A stretch of DNA of 64,000 nt, taken from Octopus sinensis (lineage: Eukaryota). Below are positions 1 through 9,690 of the stretch, piece after piece. Where the stretch lies: contig NC_043017.1 of NCBI RefSeq assembly GCF_006345805.1, positions 24,428,001 through 24,492,000 of the forward strand, given 5' to 3'. Under the pieces are notes generated by a model that saw only the letters and a list, made by a program, of their open reading frames with translations, was not told the origin of the DNA and searched no databases. How positions within the stretch are numbered: the first letter of the stretch is position 1; each line of letters opens with the position of its first letter. The position numbers and the translations under genes were made by a program.

Positions 1-999
1 ATGGTCAGGTAGTAGATACAGATTGAATGATGTATTTTCAAGGTCTGTTTGTGACTGACTACATTGGCACCTAAAACCAGTCAGCAAAAGTGTGTTACAC
101 ACTACCACGTTATGTTCACTTACAAGTGATAGCTTTGAGTTTTATTTTACGGTTTTTATTTGTATTTTCTTCTACAGGGGAAACTGGTGTAACCCACTTG
201 CCTTAAGGACAACACAAAATTAATTACTGATATTGAAATAGTTGAGACCTCTGTGTTGTATGCAGAGGTGAGTAATACAATCTGTCTCAGGTAATGTTCC
301 ACACAGTCCTTGATTTAAACGTAAACATTAATGAAGGCCTTTCCAAAGGATGTCATTTGAATAAAAGCTTGTCATAATGGATAGGAAATAGAATGTAATA
401 CAAAAGCATCATTAAGTGATGAGCCGTCAAATAGCTTCCATCCTCCTACATAGTAGGGGATTTCCTACTAACAAGCCAGTAATGGTAATACATTTACCAA
501 TTAGTATCTTCAAATAATCCCAGTTTATGGAGCACTAATGAAGAAACCAAGTACAATACTTAACAAGAATGATACTGAGTGTGCGTTTTAGATAGAGAGA
601 GAGAATGAATAAGTGAAAATGATGGAGAGTGAGAAAGAGAAAGGAGCGAACAAGTGAGCAAAAATAGGAGAGAGAAAATGAGAGATAGACAACAAGTGAG
701 CAATAGTAGAAGAGAGAGAGAGAGAGAGAGAGAGTGAGTGAGTGAGTGAGAAACCATTCAAAGAGAATTTTTGTCTGAAGCCTGCAAAATGGTTAGTCAA
801 CTTCCAATTCAAATTTTATCCTAAGAATCTACAAAGAACTGAAATCTCTTGTGTTTTTCTCAGCCTATCAACAAACTTGCAGTTTTGCTTTCAAGTGAAA
901 GCACACCACTTGGCCACTAATTCTACACTATACCAATTTTATAATTTAATTTTTTAAGTTTCTATCAGCAACTTTTAAAGATCCTACAAATTTCTACCT

Positions 1000-1180
1000 T
1001 TCAACTTCAATTCAACTTTGACATCCATATCATCCTTCTCCTTCCTCCGCTTCTTTTCCCTCCAAGCTTTCCAGTCATCACCAAATCCTCCAGGCCCTCT
1101 TTCCTCATCACATGACCAAGAAATCTCAGTTGCTTGGCCCTTATCTCATGGCAACAGTTTCCTATTTACTGCAAGGAAAT
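1000..1180 (-). mobile_element. RTE-clade LINE, C-terminal ORF fragment
   Basis: Minus frame reads IRAKQLRFLGHVMRKEGLEDLVMTGKLGGKRSGGRRRMIW, typical of the RTE C-terminus. Confidence 0.8.
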
Positions 1181-1620
1181 TGTCTATCAATAAACAACTG
1201 TAATAACTGAAGAGAATAAATCTTTTACTTTTCTCAATCCATCAGGCAAGTGCTAAGTTGAGATAAATGTTTACTTTTGATAAACTAGTCTACCACAGAC
1301 AGTTTTCCCTACTTCTAGAAGAAAGTGAATTAAACACAATGAACCAACTAACATTTGTCAATATAATAGTGTTCGCACTGCTTACAGTGAAAACTATACC
1401 ACTTGCAATACAACTAGAACTTGTCCTTGGAAAGTTAGATTCAATTAGTGGTATAGACACGCTGCTACCAGAAAAAGGATATTGCTTGCAAAATGAACTC
1501 CTTAACCACACAGCTATGCCTGTGCATAGTAGCATTGACATTTGTTATGGCTTTCATGACTGGAGGAAGTTATCCTCAGGTTAGAGACCTGGTATAAATG
1601 AGTTCAACAAAGTGAATTGT

Positions 1621-2033
1621 GGATCTTTTCGGTTTGAATGGCAGTTTTTAACATAATTTCTAGGTGAGTAAAAAATTTTAAGCTTTGTATACTGGTAGAA
1701 TGTGTTTATAAAACATCTATTTCTCTTGGCTTTATTGAGAAAATTCTATAGTTTGTAAGATATTTGTTGTTTTTTTTTCTTCAATTTCTGCAATTTCAAC
1801 CAATTACTGACGTCCATTGAGGTAAAAAACATTCTGTGCCGTATGAATATGTCCCTCGTTTAAGAAACAGATTGGGTTTATTTACATTTGTGAAGAAAAA
1901 AAAGATACCCTTCCCCCCACCCCTAACCATAAAACAGATTGAAATGCAATAGATCGATACTAGGGTCATAATTATGGGTGACAATTTCATATTACACCAC
2001 TAGAAAAAACTGCCGTTCAAACCGAAAAGATCC
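1621..2033. mobile_element. Non-autonomous DNA transposon (MITE), GG-starting TIRs, 8-bp TSD (Merlin-like)
   Basis: TIR GGATCTTTTCGGTTTGAA(T/C)GGCAGTTTTT. Flanks TGAATTGT / TGAATTCT (7/8). Confidence 0.85.
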
Positions 2034-2116
2034 TGAATTCTAACTAGAGATACCGAGTACCAGATGATGCTGTGAAACCATGTAAGAAAGAATCCAAAGT
2101 ATTGGTTTTTACTTAC

Positions 2117-2198
2117 TGTCATTGTAACCAGTGGCACCAACATGTGTATCGGAAAAACCTTCATGAGGGAGATTAGGACTGCCAGTTTCATATTGAAT
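2117..2198 (-). CDS. EPN2: Epsin next coding exon (82 nt; IQYETGSPNLPHEGFSDTHVGATGYND, phase 0 to phase 1)
   Basis: Acceptor TTATTGCTTTTAATTTCAG| and donor |GTAAGT. Open in the phase required by the ENTH exon. GSPNL recalls the post-ENTH linker of EPN2 (GSSQPNL). Confidence 0.75.
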
Positions 2199-2635
2199 CT
2201 GAAATTAAAAGCAATAATTTTATTTCAACCAAGAGATGAAAAACAGGATTGCAAATAGTCTGAAATATGGAAGTATTCTCAAGTAAAATTTAGAGAAACT
2301 CAAATGGTGAGATTATCAGAAACTGAAAAAAAAAAAAAAAGGAACTTCTAAATCCTCGCTGTAGTCATGACAACCCTGTTATGAAACAACATTGCATAAT
2401 AATTTTTTTTCATTTTTTTTTTCAAAATTCCATCAGTTTAACTTTACCTATAATTTAGGCAATGCAACAACTGTTTAAAAATTTAAACCTTAGAAAATAA
2501 TAGTGAAGCTAAAAATCAATACTGTTACAGAATGATAAAGTTATAAGGAAACAGGAAGCAAACACTAAATAGGTTATTGTGAGATATTTACAAAGATAAT
2601 GGTTAAGAATCTAGCCATGAGCTATGTCTTACAGC

Positions 2636-3422
2636 TGAAATGTTTTCTTGGGGTTCTGCTCCAGCAAAAGAGGCTGAAAAGCACTGCATTAAAGTAATGA
2701 GTATGATCTAAAGAGGCGGGTGATATGAAGTACAAATGAGGTTAGTGATTGAGACTCCTTAAAAACACTGAGATTATTTACTCACTTGGGATCAAGTGGT
2801 GGTTGGTATCAGAAAGGGCATCTAGCTGTAGAACAGGTGTGTCCCGCTGTGCTCTCAATTGAGCCATGCATGCATAAAAATGTAGACCCTTAAATAATGA
2901 TTTGCTCTATTTTGAAATCATCAAATCAAAACAGAAATGACAAAAAGTAAAAACCAAATTTACACATTGGAATGCAAATTTACCTGTAAAAATTAATGTA
3001 GTTGAGAATTTGTAGACATAAGCAACCCATTTAACTACAGGAACATATGGGAAATAAAAATGAGTGGTTGGGGTTATCAACTATAAACCATCTTAGAAAT
3101 ACATATAAACCAAATACAAAAGTCGTAAATTTTCTTTGACTAAATTGTTTTGTCATCATCATTATTTAAGGGTCTACATTTTTATGCATGCATCGCTCAA
3201 TTGAGAGCACAGCGGGACACACCTGTTCTACAGCTAGATGCCCTTTCTAATACCACCCACCACTTGATCCCAAGTGAGTAAATAATCTCAGTGCTTTTAA
3301 GGAGCTTCAGTCACTAACCTCATTTGTACTTCATATCACCTGCACCTTTAGATCATACTCATTACTTTAATGCAGTGCTTTTCAATCTTTTTGCTGGAGC
3401 GGAACCCCAAGAAAACATTTCA
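2636..3422. repeat. Long inverted repeat, arms about 265 bp (2636-2901 and 3158-3422)
   Basis: Arms are near reverse complements over SINE-C-like sequence plus the first about 50 bp of the hAT MITE. Confidence 0.9.
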
Positions 3423-3573
3423 CTGGCTCGAGGAACCCCTATGCAATAATTTAATTGTCTTATGCACACATATCTGCACAGGAGAATTAAAAATTACTGT
3501 CGATTTTAGCATTTTTGTAACTTCTTGTGGAGCCCCTGGACTGTACTGGCAGAACCCTGGTTGAAAGCCACTG
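3373..3573. mobile_element. hAT-type MITE
   Basis: TIR CAGTGCTTTTCAA / TTGAAAGCCACTG. 8-bp TSD CTTTAATG / CTTCAATG. Confidence 0.8.
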
Positions 3574-3932
3574 CTTCAATGTGTCTTAGTCAACGAGGCT
3601 GAATCCTTAAATACTCACTCCCTTAACAGCTGTTTGTCTACGTAATAATATTCTTACATTAAAATATCTGGATTAAATAAAAAGAGAGTAATCAAAAAGA
3701 AACTCAGTTTATATACAGCCCTAAGGTTTAAAAAGAGAAAAATAAGTATACCAAATGACATTGTTAGTATGCCAAGATATAACTGTAGACAACACTGTTA
3801 TGCAGAGAACTGGCAACAAACAACACTATTTGAATATGGCTTTTATTTACACAAAGACTGCACGTCTTCATCAAGAAGTCCAGACAGAGTGGACAGCAAA
3901 CAAACAACCATTAGTGAGACCATTGTTTACAA

Positions 3933-4349
3933 CTCTCTCTTTTTCTCTTTTACTTGTTTCAGTCGTTTGACTGCGGCCATGCTGGAGCACCGCCTTTAGT
4001 CGAGCAAATCGACCCGGGACTTATTCTTTGTAAGCCCAGTACTTATTCTATCGAACTCTTTTTGCCGAACCGCTAAGTGACGGGGACGTAAACACACCAG
4101 CATCAGTTGTCAAGCAATGCTAGGGGGACAAACACAGACACACAAACACATACACACACATATATATATATATATATTCATATATACGACAGGTTTCTTT
4201 CAGTTTCCGTCTACCAAATCCACTCACAAGGCATTGGTCGGCCCGGGGCTATAGCAGAAGACACTTGCCCAAGATGCCACGCAGTGGGACTGAACCCGGA
4301 ACCATGTGGTTGGTTAGCAAGCTACTTACCACACAGCCACTCCTGCGCC
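3933..4349 (-). mobile_element. tRNA-derived SINE family A, young full-length copy
   Basis: Head GGCGCAGGAGTGGCTGTGTGG (A-box-like) and GGTTCAGTCC (B-box-like), internal (AT)/(GT) microsatellite, AAAAGAG tail. Many copies in the window. Confidence 0.85.
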
Positions 4350-4521
4350 TAGTAAACATATGTGAACGTGAAGGGAAATACAAGCTCACTCACACAAACA
4401 TACACACACCTATGTACTTACTACTTGTACTTGTGGTGGCATTCACCCAAGGTTGGCTGAGCCAGCTCTGATCAACAATACATCCCTTACAAATGCTGAC
4501 ATCCAACAGTCAGCCACAATC

Positions 4522-4681
4522 TATTTCTTTGCTACCCACACGGGGCTAATCACAGAGGGGACAAACAAGGGCAGACAAACGGATTAAGTCGATTATATCG
4601 ACCCCAGTGCATAACTGGTACTTATTTAATCGACCCCGAAAGGATGAAAGGCAAAGTCGACCTCGGCGGAATTTGAACTCA
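4522..4681 (-). mobile_element. 5'-truncated SINE family B
   Basis: GCCTTTCATCCTTTCGGGGTCGAT core. 14-bp TSD AGTCAGCCACAATC (4508-4521, 4682-4695). Confidence 0.85.
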
Positions 4682-4972
4682 AGTCAGCCACAATCGAGGA
4701 GGTCCCCACTGGGAGAGCTAGCATGTCGGACAGCACAGTTGCTGTAGCCATAGTCATCGTTTGCTGTCGAGGCATAGAGCTCATATTTGGAGTTTCAGTG
4801 GAAATACAAGGTGTGGTCCCCAGTCACATGCATACACACATTGGGATAGCGTGATCTGTAGCAGCCCATCTTGTCAATTGTCAATGACTCCAGAGAATTC
4901 ACTGACCAAGTGTCACTGTTGATTATTGGAGCAGACATAGCCGAGGTTTGACATATTTACATACTGACGATA

Positions 4973-4980
<8 letters not shown>

Positions 4981-5018
<38 letters not shown>
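4981..5018. repeat. (TA)n microsatellite, representative of dozens of (TA)n/(CA)n/(GA)n/(AAT)n tracts
   Basis: Pure dinucleotide run. Confidence 0.95.
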
Positions 5019-5027
<9 letters not shown>

Positions 5028-5175
5028 ATATACATTCAAACATATAAGGGATGGCCATAATAGGACATCCGACTCACTAGACAGAGCAGCTAAACTACAA
5101 ACCACTAATAGTTGTAATTCTGAAATGGAATTCTGAAATTATGTGTGTGTATATATATATGTGTGTATATATATA

Positions 5176-5204
<29 letters not shown>

Positions 5205-5206
<2 letters not shown>

Positions 5207-5415
5207 CGGGAAGCTTTATGAAAATAAACAAAAGACGAAGGCAGGTGGAAAACAAACGAACAATTGTATTAGTATGGCGCTCAGGAAATATAAATAAAAC
5301 AAGTCTTTAACATTTCGAGCCTACGCTCTTCAACAGAAAGATACACAGAGAGAGAAAAACACAGAAAGAAGGAGAGAAAAAAAATGCGTGCAGTAGCTAA
5401 CGAATCAACATGGCG
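5205..5415 (-). mobile_element. Penelope-like element terminal fragment between (AT)n tracts
   Basis: Contains the ...TGAAGAGC..GCTCGAAA(C/T)GTT motif typical of PLE termini. Classification inferred from this motif. Confidence 0.5.
5304..5341 (-). ncRNA. Minimal type I hammerhead ribozyme-like motif (core partly degenerate)
   Basis: TCTTT-CTGTTGA-A-GAGC/GTAG/GCTC-GAAA-TGTT-AAAGA: 5-bp stem I and 4-bp stem II are perfect; the core has A6 changed to T. Confidence 0.55.
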
Positions 5416-5464
<49 letters not shown>

Positions 5465-5839
5465 ACAGACTTCTTTCGGTCTGTCTACCAAATCCACTCA
5501 CAAGACATCAAATACATCACATGGTTATAGTAAAAACCACTTGACTAAAGTGCTATGGAGCGAGACTAAATATGAAACCATGTGACTGGGAAGTGTGTGC
5601 GTGTCTCTCTCTTTGTCTAGATATTGCATGGTAGTTATGGGTGCCACTGTGTTAGAAAAACTGGTATTGGTTCCAATCTTAAATGAAAATATCTCATCGT
5701 AGTGAAATTCTAAGTTGCTTGAAAACAGGCGAGGGTTGTCAACATGAAGGGCATCAGGCCATAGAAAATCTACCTCAGCAAAACAAATTTTACCTGACCC
5801 ATGGAAAAGTGCACATTAAAACAATGACATATATATATA

Positions 5840-6362
5840 TATATATTCGAATCAAATCAAATCAAATCGAACCAAATCAAATAGATGAACATCAATGGAA
5901 TTTGTATCCTTGTGGTACCAGTGCCGGTGGCACATAAGAAAACCATCTGAACATGACCGTAGCCAGTACCGCAACGACTGGCCTCCGTGCTGAGGGCACG
6001 TAACAAACACCATCCGAGCGTGGCCGTCCGCCAGCCTCGCCTGGCACCTGTGTCGGTGACACATAAGAAAACACCATCCGAGCGTGGCCGTCAGCCAGCC
6101 TCGTCTGGCACCTGTGTCGGTGGCACATAAAAAAACACCATCCGAGCGTGGCCGTCTGCCAGCCTCGTCTGGCACCTGTGTCGGTGGCACATAAAATCAC
6201 CCACTACACTCTCGGAGTGGTTGGCGTTAGGAAGGGCATCCAGCTGTAGAAACACTGCCAGATCTGACTGGCCTGGTGCAGCCTTCGGGCTTGCCAGACC
6301 CCAGTTGAACCGTCCAACCCATGCTAGCATGGAAAGCGGACGTTAAACGATGATGATGATGA
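5840..6362 (+). mobile_element. SINE-like family C with RTE-type 3' tail and four 64-bp internal tandem modules
   Basis: Modules start at 5926, about 5990, 6055 and 6119. Then GTTAGGAAGGGCATCCAGC... and tail GGACGTTAAACGATGATGAT. Confidence 0.8.
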
Positions 6363-6380
6363 TATATATATATATATATA

Positions 6381-6580
6381 TTCTATTATTTGTTTCAGTC
6401 ATTTGACTGTGGCCATGCTGGAGCACCGCCTTTAGTCGAGCAAATCGACCCGGGACTTATTCTTTGTAAGCCCAGTACTTATTCTATCGGTCTCTTTTGC
6501 CGAACCGCTAAGTGACGGGGACGTAAACACACCAGCATCGGTTGTCAAGCAATGCTAGGGGGACAAACACAGACACACAA

Positions 6581-6621
<41 letters not shown>

Positions 6622-6786
6622 TACGACAGGCTTCTTTCAGTTTCTGTCTACCAAATCCACTCACAAGGCATTGGTCGGCCCGGGGCTATAGCAGAAGACA
6701 CTTGCCCAAGATGCCACTCAGTGGGACTGAACCCGCAACCATGTGGTTGGTTAGTAAGCTACTTACCACACAGCCACTCCTGCGCC
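6381..6786 (-). mobile_element. SINE family A, full-length
   Basis: Near-identical to 3933-4349. Confidence 0.85.
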
Positions 6787-6869
6787 TACATACATATATA
6801 TGTATGTATACAGAAACGTGTATATTCATGAAATCAATTTTTTAATACCAAATTTCTATTGATACGCAT

Positions 6870-6920
<51 letters not shown>

Positions 6921-7190
6921 TACGACAGGCTTCTTTCAGTTTCTGTCTACCAAATCCACTCACAAGGCATTGGTCGGCCCGGGGCTATAGCAGAAGACAC
7001 TTGCCCAAGATGCCACTCAGTGGGACTGAACCCGCAACCATGTGGTTGGTTAGTAAGCTACTTACCACACAGCCACTCCTGCGCCTACATACATATATAT
7101 GTATGTATACAGAAACGTGTATATTCATGAAATCAATTTTTTAATACCAAATTTCTATTGATACGCATACACACACACACATATATATAT
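6615..7190. repeat. About 299-bp tandem duplication (5' half of SINE A plus flank) bounded by (TA)n
   Basis: ATACGACAGG at 6621 and 6920; units essentially identical. Confidence 0.9.
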
Positions 7191-7226
7191 ATAAATAAAA
7201 GCGTATGTATATATAGACACAAGAGA

Positions 7227-7257
<31 letters not shown>

Positions 7258-8429
7258 CATCAATATAAATTTAGTATTAAGAAATAAAATTTCATTTAAA
7301 AAAAACCCAGCTCTAGTAAAACATATTACATAATGCTAACTTATATAGCTATTTTTCCATGCCAAACATTTATCAGTTTATTTTATGCTCATTCTTTAAT
7401 GCAGTCGGCAACACCCATATTAGTTCTCACACAAAAATGCCAGTTTTCTCTAAGTTACAGTGGTGATGAAGATAGGGCGGGAGTGGAGCACAGAATATTC
7501 AAAGATAGCATAATGCAGAAGTTCGGTCTGGGCTATTTTCAATGTATTCTACTATACACAAAGAGGGGATTGGATATGGTTACTCTAAAGTGGATTTCAT
7601 GGTAAACAGAAAGAAGGAAAACTCTCAAATAGATTGATGTAGTCGCCTTTAATGCATGCTGCAAAGAATTGACTCATGAGCTTCAAGTATGATGATTCGT
7701 AAGAGGTCAAAAACTAAGAAAGAACCTATCACATGAATGCTTCCGTCAGATCTACTCAAGAAATACCAACAGTCAAATGAAATGAAAATATTTGCATTTG
7801 TTTATATTTAACATCCTCTCGTCATCGTGATCATTATAATCATAATCGTTTTAATGTTCACTTTGCAATGCTTGCATGGGTCAGATGGAATTCAGTGAGG
7901 CCGATTTTATACAGCTGGGGTGCCTTTCCTGTTATCAACCCTCACCTGTTTGGAAGCAAGGAAATATTTCCCCATGACAGGATAGCTGGAAACAAATGAT
8001 ATTGTTTATATGATGGTGGCGCTTGTTTACAACAACCATGTGCAGTCAAGATAAAAAGATATACACACACACACACGTGTTTTAATTGCATGCTTGTTTT
8101 AATTTCCATTTTATCAATTCTACTCACAATGCTTTGTCCAGCCTTGGGCTGAACTAGAAGACTTTTGCTCAAGAAGCCACACAGAGGGCCTGAAAAAGAA
8201 ACCGTACAGTTGGGAAGGAAACGTTTTTTTGGTCATCCAGGAGTTAAGCTATTTCCTTCCCAACCACTTGGTACTAGGTTCAGTCCTGCTGGATAACAGC
8301 TTGGGCAAGTGTCTTCTACAATAGCCCCAAACTATGTGAAAGTATATAAAAACTAATGTATTTTGTAGTGGAAGCACATGGCTTAGTGGTTAAGTTGTTG
8401 GATTCATGATTGAAAGATTGTGGTTTCAA

Positions 8430-8560
8430 TACTTGGACTGCGTGATGCATTGTGTTCTTGAGCAAAACACTTCATTTTACATTGTTCCAGTCCACTTAGC
8501 TGGCAATTGTGAGTAATCCTGCAACAGGTCAGTGTCCCATCCAGCGGGAAGAAACCAGGA
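8430..8560 (+). mobile_element. tRNA-headed SINE family D, 5' part
   Basis: TGGCTTAGTGG head then TGTGTTCTTGAGCAAAACACTT. Related copies near 19760-20070(-), 29215(+), 29995(+), 50330(-), 52250(-), 61680(-). Confidence 0.7.
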
Positions 8561-8908
8561 AACCAGCCTTATGAGTCTATATGGGTGGGGGAAGGAATTT
8601 TATTCTTTAATGTATTCTCGCAGGTCAGTGTCCCATCCAGCGGGAAGAAACCAGGAAACCAGCCTTATGAGTCTATATGGGTGGGGAAGGAATTTTATCC
8701 TTTAATGTATTCTCGCAGGTCAGTGTCCCATCCAGCAGGAAGAAACCAGGAAACCAGCCTTATGAGTCTATATGGGTGGGGAAGGAATTTTATCCTTTAA
8801 TGTATTCTCGCAGGTCAGTGTCCCATCCAGCGGGAAGAAACCAGGAAACCAGCCTTATGAGTCTATATGGGTGGGGAAGGAATTTTATCCTTTAATGTAT
8901 TCTCGCAG
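8525..8908. repeat. 95-bp minisatellite, 4 copies
   Basis: Units start at 8525, 8621, 8716 and 8811, differing by only a few bases. Confidence 0.95.
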
Positions 8909-9059
8909 TCTTCGTTTTGCAAGTTTTAGAAAATAATTATAAAAAAATTAAGACTATCAGTTGACTAAAACCAACTGTATGTGTTTTCTCTCTCTCTCTC
9001 TTTATCTCTCTCTCTCTCTCGTATAAATATATATATATATATATATAAATGGATGAATG

Positions 9060-9690
9060 AATTATCCTTTGTTTACCATTAACATGGAAAATTCAATAAA
9101 CAGTTACCAGGGTAGCAAGATTCACGCAAGTAACACGGATGAAGCGACCTATTCAAAGGTAGAAACTCCGGGTAAACATGCAGTAATTTGTGTAGTATAA
9201 GTAAATAAATGGAGTTGAACGCAGATGTTATTAAAATTCTTTTACTTTCGACATATGTTTCGAAGACAACATTGGTTTTATTCCAAAGGAATAAACGGTG
9301 TAAAATGCAATCTTCTCATATATAAGGTACACATTAAGTACAGGACATCACCAACGAGCAAAAAACAAACACACAAGAGATAAGTACAGGACAAAATACC
9401 AACAAATACACAATAAGAACAGGACATTAACAACGATTAAAAAATGCATAAACACACAACAAAAGACAATTGTTGTTGAAAGCTCAAAATAAGGGGTAAT
9501 AAACAGTTGACAACTGAGCAGGAGCTAGACTTCTTTGGTATTTTTTCCCGTACTTGTCTCTTGTTATGTGTTTACGTATTTCCGCACATTGGTGATGTCC
9601 TGTACCTAGTGTGTGTCGTTTATTTATTTATAATCGAACACCACACAGCCTTGTCCATAGTAAGTTCTTACATTTATATCTATGCATATA
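9060..9690. mobile_element. Penelope-like terminal region with internal inverted repeat
   Basis: Arms 9338-9402 and 9535-9605. TCTTCGAAACATATGTC motif on the minus strand. Flanked by (AT)n. Confidence 0.45.

Noticed and set aside
451-470. Hairpin TAGTAGG-GGATTT-CCTACTA
   Set aside because: A 7-bp stem is expected by chance in 64 kb; no supporting context.
2000-2191. 63-aa ORF MKLAVLISLMK... resembling a signal peptide
   Set aside because: Alternative frame over the epsin exon plus intron and MITE sequence.
6005-6060. HDV-like ribozyme in the family C module (GCCAG-CCTCGT-CTGGC)
   Set aside because: P3/L3-like look only; I could not assign convincing P1, P2 and J4/2 elements.
5926-6200. Regularly spaced repeats resembling a CRISPR array (also 8525-8908)
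   Set aside because: Contiguous tandem units with no unique spacers, eukaryotic context, no cas genes.
8585-8895. Repetitive 71-72 aa ORFs
   Set aside because: By-products of the 95-bp minisatellite.
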